Origin: an uncultured Holophaga sp.
GTDB taxonomy: Bacteria; Acidobacteriota; Holophagae; Holophagales; Holophagaceae
DNA length: 64,000 nucleotides
Assembly: GCA_963664825.1 (NCBI GenBank)
Contig: OY761614.1
Span: 480,001-544,000 of the forward strand
Reading direction: 5' to 3'
The notes beneath the pieces are model-generated. The model was not told the origin of the DNA. It saw only the letters and a program-made list of their open reading frames with translations, and did no database searches. A program made the translations under genes and the position numbers. Positions 1-9,577 of the stretch are shown here, one piece after another. Each line of letters begins with the position of its first letter. Positions within the stretch are counted from its first letter, which is position 1.

Positions 1-316
1 GCATGACGCCTCCGATGGCCTGGAGGCCTACCTGAGGATCAAGCCCCTGGAACGACTGGCTCCAAACACCGAATTCCTCTACTGGATCGAGGATTCGCTC
101 CTCTCCGGCCTGCGCTGGCGGGTCTTCCAGGAGGCGGACGGGCACCCAGGGATCAGGGAATGCCTCGACTGGGCCTCCCTGCGGAAGCTTGCGGTCACCT
201 CGCAACGCGTCTGCCATGAAAGGGGGGACCGCCTTACGTTGTCCAGGCGAAGCCGGGACAACGCGCCTAAGCTATCCGGACCATGCTCCCGCCTACCCCG
301 CCCCGACAAATCTTAG
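1..316 (+). CDS. 3' end of an unidentified protein (partial, runs in from the left edge)
   Basis: Frame 2 is open from base 2 to TAG at 314-316 (HDASDGLEAYLRIKPLERLAPNTEFLYWIEDSLLSGLRWRVF...). Codons are host-like in the first ~190 nt. Family not recognised. Confidence 0.45.
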   Translation, partial: HDASDGLEAYLRIKPLERLAPNTEFLYWIEDSLLSGLRWRVFQEADGHPGIRECLDWASLRKLAVTSQRVCHERGDRLTLSRRSRDNAPKLSGPCSRLPRPDKS

Positions 317-771
317 GCCTCCTGGCCTGGCTCGGAATCACCTTCCTGGCCGCAGCCCTCGGGGCCGTGGCGTCGGCCGGGGCGGGGACCTTCTACCGGG
401 GACTCCTGCGCCCGGCCTGGGCCCCGCCGGGCTTCCTCTTCGCCCCGGTCTGGAGCCTGCTCTACCTCCTCATGGGCATCGCCGCCTGGATCGTCTGGAA
501 GGAGCGGGGCTTTGGTATGGCCCTCGGCCTCTTCCTGGTCCAGCTCGCGCTGAACGCCCTCTGGACCTGGCTCTTCTTCCGCTGGCACCAGGGGGCCCTG
601 GCCTTCGCCGAGATCGCCCTCCTCTGGGCCTTCATCCTCGGTACGGTGATCGCTTTCTGGAAGATCAGCCCCTGGGCCGGGGCCCTGCTCCTGCCTTACG
701 GGGCCTGGGTCACCTTCGCGAGTGCCCTGAGCTGGGCGATCTGGAAGCGCAATCCCCACCTGCTGGGCTAG
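283..771 (+). CDS. tspO: TspO/MBR family tryptophan-rich sensory protein
   Basis: Five hydrophobic helices; motifs LLRPAWAPPGFLFAPVWSLLY, QLALNALWTWLFF, LLLPYGAWVTFA. Confidence 0.95.
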   Translation: MLPPTPPRQILGLLAWLGITFLAAALGAVASAGAGTFYRGLLRPAWAPPGFLFAPVWSLLYLLMGIAAWIVWKERGFGMALGLFLVQLALNALWTWLFFRWHQGALAFAEIALLWAFILGTVIAFWKISPWAGALLLPYGAWVTFASALSWAIWKRNPHLLG

Positions 772-948
772 GCCGGAGCGCTTCACCGAATGCCTCCTTG
801 ACGTTCCGTGGAAGGGCAGGAATCCTGGTCATTCCCCAGGCGTGTGGCCGGGATCCGGCTTCCAGCCTTCAACACGCCAACCTCGGAAAAGGGCCTTGGC
901 CTATTCCAGATACCCGTCGCCGGAGTTTTCCCTTCCTCGGAGCATTCC

Positions 949-1623
949 ATGAAGAACACCTTCGCCTGTCTCGGTCTTTTAGTGGCGCTGACCGCCCCGG
1001 CCTCGGCCCAAGGGGCCCGCATGATCCGCAGGGGTGAGGTCTTCCGATGGGCTACCAACAGTGGCCAGAACGGCATGATGAAAATCGTCGCCGTGGACGG
1101 CCCTCTCTTCGAAATGGAGCAGACCAACGACAAGAACCGTTCCGCTGGCGCCGTCCGGTTGTACGGAGCCGTGATCGAGAACGGCAGGAAAGTCGTGCTG
1201 TTGAACGTGGGCCAATGGCGGGAAGTCTGGGACGGCAATTTCTTCAACGATGAGATCACCGGCAATCTCCTGACGGGTTCCGCTAGCTTCACCTTCAGGA
1301 TTTCCCCTGCGGCCATGGAACGCCCCCGGGAGGAAGGCACCAACCCATTCATCACGGGCAAGACCCTGCGCTGGGAAACCGGCGCGGTGGGCGGCCAGAA
1401 CGGCACTTTCTACGTGACCCACACCAAGGGGCCCTTCTTCTACCTGGAGCAGAAGAACAACAGGAACGCCGCCGCCGGGATCATCAGGCTGGAGGGCGAA
1501 GTGAAGGATGGCCAGATCTACATCTACAACCGGAAGTGGAATGAGACCTGGATCGGGGTCTACAGGCATGGGTCGGTCATGGGGAAGGTGAATAACCAGA
1601 CGGAGTTCAGGATTTTCGAATAG
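949..1623 (+). CDS. Secreted hypothetical protein with two tandem ~90-aa beta-rich repeats
   Basis: ATG 949 after GGAG; signal peptide MKNTFACLGLLVALTAPASA; internal repeat RW..GQNG...GP.F..EQ.N..N..AG..RL.G...W.E.W.G. Confidence 0.75.
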   Translation: MKNTFACLGLLVALTAPASAQGARMIRRGEVFRWATNSGQNGMMKIVAVDGPLFEMEQTNDKNRSAGAVRLYGAVIENGRKVVLLNVGQWREVWDGNFFNDEITGNLLTGSASFTFRISPAAMERPREEGTNPFITGKTLRWETGAVGGQNGTFYVTHTKGPFFYLEQKNNRNAAAGIIRLEGEVKDGQIYIYNRKWNETWIGVYRHGSVMGKVNNQTEFRIFE

Positions 1624-1660
1624 CCCTTCCCGGGCGATTTCCCTCACTAAAAGAGGAGAT

Positions 1661-1712
1661 TCACCACAAGGCACGGAGAAGACCCTGGTTCTTCTCTGTG
1701 CTTTCGTGGTGA
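1661..1712. repeat. Intergenic imperfect palindrome (REP-like, CACCAC-rich)
   Basis: TCACCACAAGGCACGGAGAAGA-ccctggt-TCTTCTCTGTGCTTTCGTGGTGA; a related half copy lies at 26668-26694. Confidence 0.65.
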
Positions 1713-1878
1713 GTTTTCATACTTTTGATTGGTTCTTCACGGGTCTGGTGGAGGATGGCTCCATCTCGACTTCCACACAGGGCCGGTCAAGCGTCCCGGG
1801 GCTTCAGGGATTGGACTTCTTCCACCGATAGGCTCAGCATGCTCCTAAAGAGCCAATCTACGGCCGTTCCGAGGTCCC

Positions 1879-2304
1879 ATGTCGAACGAAAGCCCCATCA
1901 TCCTGGAACTCCGCATCGATTGGAGCGAGATCGACGCATACGGCCATGTGAACAACCTGGCCATCATGCGCTATGTCCAGTCGGCGCGGGTCCATCTCCT
2001 GGAGAGCGTCGGCATGATGCAGCACCACGCAGAGACCGGCGTCGGGCCCGTCTTGGTCTCCACCTCCTGCCAGTTCAAGCAGCAGCTGCACTACCCGGGC
2101 CAGGTCACCATCGGCGCCCGGGTCGATCATCTCAAGAACACCAGCTTCCAGATCAGCCATGCGATCTTCAACGAGGCCCAGGAATTGGTGGCGGAGGCCC
2201 ATGACGTCCTGGTCATGTTCGATTTCAAGAAGAACGCCAAGTCGCCCATTCCGGTGTTCCTCCGGGAGCGGTTCACGGCCCTGGGGGCCTCCAGCGCCCT
2301 TTAG
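1879..2304 (+). CDS. Acyl-CoA thioesterase (4HBT/YbgC hot-dog family)
   Basis: Motif WSEIDAYGHVNNLAIMRY; 141 aa. Confidence 0.9.
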   Translation: MSNESPIILELRIDWSEIDAYGHVNNLAIMRYVQSARVHLLESVGMMQHHAETGVGPVLVSTSCQFKQQLHYPGQVTIGARVDHLKNTSFQISHAIFNEAQELVAEAHDVLVMFDFKKNAKSPIPVFLRERFTALGASSAL

Positions 2305-2322
2305 GGGTGAACCCGACTCCCC

Positions 2323-2763
2323 ATGCGCCTCTGGTCACTGCATCCCAGGTATCTCGACCCTCAGGGCCTGGTGGCCCTATGGCGCGAAGGACTCCTGGCC
2401 CAGACCGTGCTCCGAGGGGCCACCCGGGGCTACCGCCATCACCCCCAGCTGGAGCGCTTCCGGGCCCAGCCCCTGCCCCTGGAGGCCATCGGCGCCTACC
2501 TGCGGGCCATCCAGACCGAGGCCACGCTGCGCGACTATGCCTTCGATGCCACCCGGATCCTGTGCCCCGGGCATTGCCCGCCCATCCCCGTCACCACCGG
2601 GCAACTGGCCTTCGAGTGGGGGCACCTGCTGAAGAAGCTCGCCGCACGCAGCCCGCACTTGCACAGGAAATGGGAGGGCCTCGATAGTCCCGCGGCCCAT
2701 CCCCTCTTCCAGGTGGGGCCGGGTGATATCGAAAGCTGGGAGCGACCTGGGCAGGGGCAGTGA
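2323..2763 (+). CDS. Pyrimidine dimer DNA glycosylase / T4 endonuclease V-like protein
   Basis: N-terminal MRLWSLHPRYLDPQGLVALWREGLLAQ...GYRHHPQLERFR; later GQLAFEWGHL. Confidence 0.85.
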   Translation: MRLWSLHPRYLDPQGLVALWREGLLAQTVLRGATRGYRHHPQLERFRAQPLPLEAIGAYLRAIQTEATLRDYAFDATRILCPGHCPPIPVTTGQLAFEWGHLLKKLAARSPHLHRKWEGLDSPAAHPLFQVGPGDIESWERPGQGQ

Positions 2764-2773
2764 CCCTCCCCCA

Positions 2774-4504
2774 TCATGAGCCCGAGGCAGGAGCAAGGGC
2801 CCCATCCATCCTCGCCTGGAGCCGGGCCACGGATTGCTCGGCATAGATGCGGAAATCCCGGTGGAGGCGCCCATAGCCCTTGCGCATGCGGGCCAGGATC
2901 CAAGCCCGGTACCCGTCCAGTTCCGCCCAGCGCTCGGGATGGCCCGAAAGAGGAAAGGCCCTGGCCCTATCCTCGAAGGCCCCGGCCAGCTTCTCCAGGT
3001 TCAACCTGAAGCGATCCACCTCCAGCATGTAGCGGGTCATCCGGAAGTAGTGGTGTCCCTTGACCGCCATCGTCACCAGATCGGCGATCCGCCGGGGATG
3101 GGCCCAGAGGCCCTTCAGCAGGAAGGCCCAATAGGTCCAGGCGTAGGTGGAAAAGCCCTGGACCAGGAGGGAGCGCAGGAGGGCCCGGGATTCCCCCAGC
3201 TGGATGCGCCGGAAGGCCGCCGGATGGGGCTGGAGGGACTTCAACAAGCGCAGGCAGCGCGCGAAGTAGCGGTCCGGGCTGTAGACCTCGGAGAGCACGC
3301 GCTTGTAGCCCGCCAAGAGGGTGCCCAGTTCCATCCGGGGAAGGAAATTGAGGCGCAGGTCGTGGGTGTTATCCCCCTGGGATTCGCCCAGGAGGCGGCC
3401 CTCGGCCTCCAGGCGCCGGGCGAGCCGGGTGTGGGGCAAGGCCGTGAGGAGCCCCACCATGGCGGTGGGAATGGCGGCCTCCTGGATGAAGCGGGTCTGG
3501 CGCTCGAAGATATCCTCCGGATCGCTATCGAAGCCCAGGATGAAGCCCGCGGAGACCTCCAGTCCCCGGGCCTGGATCCGCCGCACCGCCTCCAACATAT
3601 CGGAATGGAGGTTCTGCCCCTTCCCTGTGGCCGCTAGCGTCGCCCGATCCGGGGTCTCCAGCCCCAGGAAGACCATGCTGAAGCCGGCCTCCGCCATACC
3701 AGCCATCAGGGCATCATCTTCGGCCAGGGTGAGGGTGGCCTCCGTGTAGAGGCTGAAGGGGTAGTGCCGGGCCCTCTGCCACTGGGTCAGCTCGGGCAGC
3801 AGGACCTTGACGTCACGGCTATTCCCGATGAAGTTATCGTCCACCAGGAAGAGCGGCCCCCGCTCGCCCTGGCGGTAGAGGAGCTCGAGTTCCTGGATGA
3901 ACTGAGCGGCAGGTTTGGTCCGGGACCTGTGGCCGAAGAGTTCGACGATATCGCAGAACTCGCAGTGATGGGGACACCCCCGGGAGAACTGGAGCGCCAT
4001 GCTCGCATAGCAGGAGGGCCGCAGGAGATCGAAGCGCGGGGGGGGCGTCAGGGACAGATCGGGCCTGGCCGTATCGGTGTAGACCCGCCCCGCCCTGCCC
4101 CGGGCCAGATCCTCCAGGAAGGGAGCCAGGGTGATCTCCGCCTCATTGAGCACGAAATGATCCACGCCTTCGATCTGTTGGAAGGAGCCCGTGGGGTACG
4201 GCCCCCCCGCCACGTGGGGCACGCCATGCTCCCGGCAGCGCCCGATGAGCCTCTGGAGCGATTCCTTCTGGATGAGCATGGAGGAGGAAAAGACCAGATC
4301 CGCCCAGGACAGCATCTCCTCCGTGAGCGGCTCCACGTTCATGTCCACCAGCCTCAGCTCGAAGTCCTGGGGCAGCAGGGCCGCCACCGTGAGCAGCCCC
4401 AGGGGAGGCAGGGCCGCCCTCCGGTGGATGAAGGGCAGCGCGTATTTCATGCTCCAGTAGGTGGGAGGCATCTCGGGGTAGACCAGCAGTGCGCGTCGAC
4501 CCAT
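2774..4504 (-). CDS. B12-binding radical SAM protein with C-terminal DUF4070-like region
   Basis: PPLGLLTVAALLP; FSRGCPHHCEFCDI (CX3CX2C); VDDNFIGN; GFILGFDSD. Confidence 0.9.
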   Translation of the reverse strand: MGRRALLVYPEMPPTYWSMKYALPFIHRRAALPPLGLLTVAALLPQDFELRLVDMNVEPLTEEMLSWADLVFSSSMLIQKESLQRLIGRCREHGVPHVAGGPYPTGSFQQIEGVDHFVLNEAEITLAPFLEDLARGRAGRVYTDTARPDLSLTPPPRFDLLRPSCYASMALQFSRGCPHHCEFCDIVELFGHRSRTKPAAQFIQELELLYRQGERGPLFLVDDNFIGNSRDVKVLLPELTQWQRARHYPFSLYTEATLTLAEDDALMAGMAEAGFSMVFLGLETPDRATLAATGKGQNLHSDMLEAVRRIQARGLEVSAGFILGFDSDPEDIFERQTRFIQEAAIPTAMVGLLTALPHTRLARRLEAEGRLLGESQGDNTHDLRLNFLPRMELGTLLAGYKRVLSEVYSPDRYFARCLRLLKSLQPHPAAFRRIQLGESRALLRSLLVQGFSTYAWTYWAFLLKGLWAHPRRIADLVTMAVKGHHYFRMTRYMLEVDRFRLNLEKLAGAFEDRARAFPLSGHPERWAELDGYRAWILARMRKGYGRLHRDFRIYAEQSVARLQARMDGALAPASGS

Positions 4505-4573
4505 ACAGGGCCCTTCCGGGAAGGAATACGTCTTTCAACGTACGTCCTTCCCGGAATGGCACAAGGTGTCCCC

Positions 4574-6979
4574 TCAGGGGGCGACGGTGAGCTGGCCGAG
4601 GGTGCTCATGAGCTGACCCACGGAGCCGATGGGGTAGGAGGCGCTCCGCACCTGCACGGCGGGCCCGAAGGCACCAAGTGTGGGCCAGTCACCGAAATTG
4701 GTGCTGGAAGCGTATTCGGCCCCGATGGTGCCATTGGTGAAGTAGCCTCCCTGGGCGGGGGGGGTGATCAGGTAGACCAGGAGGGCCATCCATTCCTTGG
4801 TCTCCTGAACCGTCGTGGCCGCGGGGGTCAGGTTGATGCGGTTGGCCAGGAGCCCCGCCATGTCGGCCGAGGACAGGACGGTAGCGCCTGTGGCTGCCTT
4901 GTAGGCTGTGATGGAGGTGCCGAACTGGGCCTGAACGGCGCCCATCATCAGGATCATGTACAGATCCGCCGAGACCCGGTACCGGGTCGCGTCCACCAGG
5001 GCCTTTGCTGTGCCCGTGCAGATGGCGTCCGTCGGGGCGAAGGCCGACACCGTATCGATGGCGGCCACGGCCTTGTTTACGATGCGAGTGTTGAGGCTGA
5101 TGGAGCCCGTGGCGGCGTCCGTCGCAGCGAGCGTGGCGATCTGGCCCAGCACACCCAGGTTCGCGGTCGCGTTGGTCAGATCGGCGTCATTGAGCTGGGC
5201 CATGGCGATGGCATAGACATTCCCTGCCTCGATGGCGGCCATCATGGCGGCTCCCCCGTCCGTGCCCATGTTCATGAGGGCGGTCATGGCGGTCCCCGCG
5301 GCTACGGATCCGGCCGTGGCCTTCCGGCTCGTCACACTGAGCACGGCGGCGGCGGTGGCATCCTTGAAATACGCAGAGGATCCGGAGCCCAGGGTGTAGC
5401 TCAGGCCGGAAAAGTTCAGGTAGTAGTCCGAGGAAGTGAGGCCCGTCTGGGCCACCAACTGGAGGGCGCAGAGCTTCTTGAAATCCTCCCCGGTGAGATA
5501 GGCGGACATGAGGGGGTAGCCCACGGGAATGGCCTGGGTCTGGTCGGGGGAAATGCCCAGGGGCAGGGTGTTGTAGATATCCGTAAAATTGAGCGCCACA
5601 CCGGCGGGTAGTGTGTTGCGGATCACGCCCGTAGCCACGACGCCCGCGGTGTAGGGCGTGAAATCGAAGCCCGGCAGCTTGGTGACATCGCCGCCGATCG
5701 CGGTGAGGGTCTGGACGATGATCCCGTTGGGCACATTGCGAACGGAATCCGCGCAGAGATTGCCCAGGCCGTTGGGGCAGAGGACGGGATTCTTGTCGTT
5801 GGATTCCATGGTCTGGAGTGCGCCCCCGGCCACGTGGTAGATCCCCGTGCTCGTATTCGCCGGAGCGTAATCGGGAAAGATCGGCGTAAACAAGGCGCCC
5901 AGGCCCTGGTTCAACTGCGCCTCCGTGGCACGCACCATGAAATTGATGCCGCCATCGGCCACCAAGCCCGAATGGATGGCCGTGAGGTTGGCATCGGTCA
6001 TGGCCTGGTTCTCCGAGGCCACCAGGGTCGTGTTCTTGGCCGAGACGTGATAGGTCAGGTCGATGCGGGAGACGTTGGTGCCATAGGCGCCGGCACATAC
6101 GATCTGGGTGTTCCAACTGCCGTTGGGGATGGTCTTGGCCGAGGGAAGGGGATTGTGGTTATGGCCCGAGGCGATCACGTCGATGCCTGTCACCTGCTTG
6201 GCCAGGTTCACATCCTCGCCGGAGGTCCCGGTGGTGTCGGCGCCCGTGTGGGACAGGGCCACGACCACGTTGCAGCCCTCGGTGGTGCGCAGCTCGTTCA
6301 CCAGATTCTGCACGAAGGTGTAGTTGGCGCTGAAGTCCGTGAAGGTGACGGGGGCGGAGGCGGGAGCCACGCTGGCGGCGTTTTTCCCCATGAGCCCGAT
6401 GTAGCCCACCTTGAGGCCGTTGGACAGGGTCTCCACACGGGTGGGGGCCACCACCTTGCCTGCGCCGACATAGGGCGCGAGGTCCGCATTGCCATTCAAA
6501 TTGATATTGGAGGCCACCATGGGGGCGCTGAAGGAAAAGGTGCTCTGGGCGGCGCTCAGCATGGTGGCCAGGCCCTTGGGTGTGAAATCGAATTCGTGGT
6601 TGCCCAGGGTGATGCAGTCGTATTTCAGCGTGTCCATGAAGTACAGCGACAGGGGCTGTGTGCCGAGGGTGAGGTCATAGAGGGTGCCCATGGACCAGTC
6701 GCCGGAATCCACCAGCACCACGGGGTGGCCCGCGCTGCCTCGCACGTAGTTCACGTACGCCGAGATGCGCGCGTACGAACCCACATCGGCGGAGAGCGTG
6801 GCGGTGGCGTGGCCCGCGCCGTTGCCGGCGTGATGGACATCGGTGGTCTGGAGGATCGTCAGTTGGGCATCGCCGGTGAGCTGAGGCTCCGCCAGCTTGT
6901 CCGAGGAGTTCATGGAACAGCTGGTCAGGAGCGCGGCCAGCAGGGGAAGGGTTGCGATGACGTGGGATTTCTTCAACAT
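4574..6979 (-). CDS. Bifunctional metallophosphoesterase / 5'-nucleotidase-family lipoprotein
   Basis: Lipobox LLTSC; calcineurin-like motifs TTDVH, VDSGD, LGNHEFD, LSHTG, SGHNH; C-terminal 5'-nucleotidase domain (LGNLCADSVR) with an Ala-rich insertion. Confidence 0.85.
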   Translation of the reverse strand: MLKKSHVIATLPLLAALLTSCSMNSSDKLAEPQLTGDAQLTILQTTDVHHAGNGAGHATATLSADVGSYARISAYVNYVRGSAGHPVVLVDSGDWSMGTLYDLTLGTQPLSLYFMDTLKYDCITLGNHEFDFTPKGLATMLSAAQSTFSFSAPMVASNINLNGNADLAPYVGAGKVVAPTRVETLSNGLKVGYIGLMGKNAASVAPASAPVTFTDFSANYTFVQNLVNELRTTEGCNVVVALSHTGADTTGTSGEDVNLAKQVTGIDVIASGHNHNPLPSAKTIPNGSWNTQIVCAGAYGTNVSRIDLTYHVSAKNTTLVASENQAMTDANLTAIHSGLVADGGINFMVRATEAQLNQGLGALFTPIFPDYAPANTSTGIYHVAGGALQTMESNDKNPVLCPNGLGNLCADSVRNVPNGIIVQTLTAIGGDVTKLPGFDFTPYTAGVVATGVIRNTLPAGVALNFTDIYNTLPLGISPDQTQAIPVGYPLMSAYLTGEDFKKLCALQLVAQTGLTSSDYYLNFSGLSYTLGSGSSAYFKDATAAAVLSVTSRKATAGSVAAGTAMTALMNMGTDGGAAMMAAIEAGNVYAIAMAQLNDADLTNATANLGVLGQIATLAATDAATGSISLNTRIVNKAVAAIDTVSAFAPTDAICTGTAKALVDATRYRVSADLYMILMMGAVQAQFGTSITAYKAATGATVLSSADMAGLLANRINLTPAATTVQETKEWMALLVYLITPPAQGGYFTNGTIGAEYASSTNFGDWPTLGAFGPAVQVRSASYPIGSVGQLMSTLGQLTVAP

Positions 6980-6996
6980 GGAAGGGTCCTCATCCG

Positions 6997-8418
6997 CTAG
7001 AAGCGATAATCGATGCCGAAGGCGATGATGATGTATTGTTTGTTGTATTCCTTGGTGGGATTCACCGCCACACCCTTGGCTGCGAAGGTGGACTTGATCG
7101 CCTGATCCCCCATCACATCGGCGTTCTCGTAGGTGCTGGTGAAGCGGGTGTGCCCTACGCCCATATTGAACTTCACCTTTTCCGAAACCTGGTATTGGAA
7201 GCCGGCCCCGATGGACAGGTAGTTGGCGTGGGCCCCGGGAACGCTGGTGTCGATGGTGGAGGACTTGGCCTGGCCGATCTGGTTGAAGTTGACTCCGGCG
7301 CTCACCAGCCAGGTCTTGTTGAGGCGGTATTCGAAGGAGGCCTGCTCTTCGTAGGTGTTCTTGTAGTCCTTCGTGTGATCGTTGGCGTTGAGGGGGTTGT
7401 CCAGCATGCCGAAGTCCACCGACTTCTCCAGGTAGGCGTTCATGCCCATGGAGAGCCGGAGATCATCGGTGACCTGGTACCCGAGTCCGAAGCGGATGGC
7501 CTGGGGCAGATCCAGATGGGAGCGCTTGCCGTTGGTGAAGAGGCCACCCCCGTCCTTGCCATCCTTGACGGTGGTCTTGAAGTTGAGGCTGGTGCCCATC
7601 TCGTACGTCAAATTGAGGACCATGCCCTGGATGGGGTAGGCGTTGAAGGCGATCTCCCCCGAATACCCGGTGGCATCATCGGTGGTATCGATGACGGCCC
7701 GTTTCTGGTTGCGCAGATCATGGCCGTACTGGTTGTACGTGCAGGCGGAATCCACGCTGCCGACGATCTTCTGCTGGGCGACGACCAGCCGCCCCGCCAG
7801 GGCCACGGAGAAATAGGGATTGAACTGGAAGGCCCCGCCGTGCCGGAAGGCCATGTAGTAGGAGGAACCCTTCAGGTAGGACTTGGATTGGAAATAGGAC
7901 CCGGAGTTCAGGCCGGCCAGGACGGGATCCTGGCCATGGGCCCCGGCGTCCAGGGCGATGATGGTGGAATCGACGCCGCCATAGCCCGCCATCTGCTTGC
8001 CCAGCAGATCCAGGGTGGGCAGACCGTCCTTCCACTCCCGCACCGCCGTGGCGCCGATGGTCTCCAGGCCCATGAAGAGCGACCAGTTGTCCTTCCGGTA
8101 GGCCGCATAAAAATTGGGCACCACCCAGGCCGGGTTGTTGGATTCGTATTTCCGGTCCCCCACCACGGGGTTGCCCTTGGTCTCCACCGTGGCCCACTGG
8201 AGGATGCTCTGGTTGCTGAGGTTGAAGGTCCAGCCTTCCTTCAGCTTCACCGTGCCGGCCATGTTGTAATAGACGATATCGGCATTATTGATGGCGCTGT
8301 TCCGATCGAAGGTCCGGAAATATTCCGCGCTCTGGTTGCTGTTGTAGAAGATGCCGCCAGCCATGGCGGGCTGAAGGGCCCCAAGGACCAGGCAGGACAG
8401 GAGCATTCCATTCTTCAT
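6997..8418 (-). CDS. OmpP1/FadL family outer-membrane hydrophobic-compound transporter
   Basis: Signal peptide; hatch-like NSNQSAEYFR...ADIVYYNMAG; beta-strand pattern; C-terminal YRF. Confidence 0.8.
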   Translation of the reverse strand: MKNGMLLSCLVLGALQPAMAGGIFYNSNQSAEYFRTFDRNSAINNADIVYYNMAGTVKLKEGWTFNLSNQSILQWATVETKGNPVVGDRKYESNNPAWVVPNFYAAYRKDNWSLFMGLETIGATAVREWKDGLPTLDLLGKQMAGYGGVDSTIIALDAGAHGQDPVLAGLNSGSYFQSKSYLKGSSYYMAFRHGGAFQFNPYFSVALAGRLVVAQQKIVGSVDSACTYNQYGHDLRNQKRAVIDTTDDATGYSGEIAFNAYPIQGMVLNLTYEMGTSLNFKTTVKDGKDGGGLFTNGKRSHLDLPQAIRFGLGYQVTDDLRLSMGMNAYLEKSVDFGMLDNPLNANDHTKDYKNTYEEQASFEYRLNKTWLVSAGVNFNQIGQAKSSTIDTSVPGAHANYLSIGAGFQYQVSEKVKFNMGVGHTRFTSTYENADVMGDQAIKSTFAAKGVAVNPTKEYNKQYIIIAFGIDYRF

Positions 8419-8792
8419 TCAACTACCTCCCAGAGATGGTGGTGGTGATCCATGAAAATGTTAATCATTGGAAAAACCGAGTAAAGCCATTATCGAATCT
8501 CGATCAGCAGGTGGGCCCACTCCGGCGTGGATGGTTGAAATCGCGTGCAGGTGCCGGCTCCACACAGGGTTTCAGGCGGACGGACAGGTACCGGATAAAT
8601 GCAGATCGACAATTGGGAAGCGGGGGATTGAAATCGTTGCAGGATTCTGTGACATTAGAATTCGACCGTCAATATGTTCTTTTCGTTTTCGTCGCCTGCC
8701 CCCTCGATTGGCGAAGCGGACCGGAGGATAAGGGCAGGATTATAGTCGTTAGCACATACAAATATTCATAATGTGTCGATCCGGAGGTCCCC

Positions 8793-9560
8793 ATGCGGAC
8801 ATCCTCGCCATCCCAGACCCCTTGCTGCAAGGGCTGGGAGCCTTTCTCTCATCAATCGGCCTCGGATATCGGCATTTTGGTTTCCCACGGGTTCACCGGC
8901 AGCACCAGCAGCGTGATCCATCTCGCCCGGAAACTGGCCGAGGCCGGGTATAACGTGGAATGCCCCTGCCTGTCGGGCCATGGAACACGCTGGGAAGACA
9001 TCCCGAAATTCGACGCGGAGGACTGGCTCCGGGACCTGGAGGTGGCCCTGGCCAGGCTGAAGGCCCGGTGCAGCACCGTCTTCGCCATGGGGCTCTCCAT
9101 GGGGGGAACCCTGGCGCTCCGGCTGGCCCAGCAGGATCCCTCCATCCGAGGCGTGGTCCTCATCAACCACGCCCTGGTCTTCAATAGCCGCCTCGTGCCG
9201 CTGGCTGGCCTGATCAAGCATCTGGTGGCCTCCGTGCCTTCCATCGCCTCGGACATCAAGGATCCGGCCGAGAAGGAGATCGCCTACGACCGAACCCCCC
9301 TGGCCGGGGTGCACCAGATCTACCGTCTCGCCCGAATGGCCAGGCGGGATCTCCCCCGGACGACCCAGCCCCTGCTCATCTTCAAATCCCGGGAGGACCA
9401 CCTGCTCTCCCCCCGGAACGCCCACATCACCTACCGGGAAGCGGGATCTGCCGAAAAGGAGATCGTCTGGCTGGAGAACTCGTACCACGTGGCCACGATG
9501 GATTTCGACAAGGATCTGATCGCGGAGCGCTGCGTGGAATTCGTGAAACGCCTGTCTTAG
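8793..9560 (+). CDS. Alpha/beta hydrolase, carboxylesterase / monoacylglycerol lipase type
   Basis: HGFTGS oxyanion motif; GLSMGG nucleophile elbow; EDH and NSYHVATMD (Asp/His). Confidence 0.9.
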   Translation: MRTSSPSQTPCCKGWEPFSHQSASDIGILVSHGFTGSTSSVIHLARKLAEAGYNVECPCLSGHGTRWEDIPKFDAEDWLRDLEVALARLKARCSTVFAMGLSMGGTLALRLAQQDPSIRGVVLINHALVFNSRLVPLAGLIKHLVASVPSIASDIKDPAEKEIAYDRTPLAGVHQIYRLARMARRDLPRTTQPLLIFKSREDHLLSPRNAHITYREAGSAEKEIVWLENSYHVATMDFDKDLIAERCVEFVKRLS

Positions 9561-9577
9561 CCGGGGGGCATGTGGCC

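Noticed and set aside
3764..8448. Long + strand ORFs (615, 388, 470 aa) and the many similar antisense or alternative-frame ORFs throughout the window
   Set aside because: Shadow ORFs of real genes in high-GC DNA, with no motifs and Arg/Gly/Pro-rich or mirror-codon composition.
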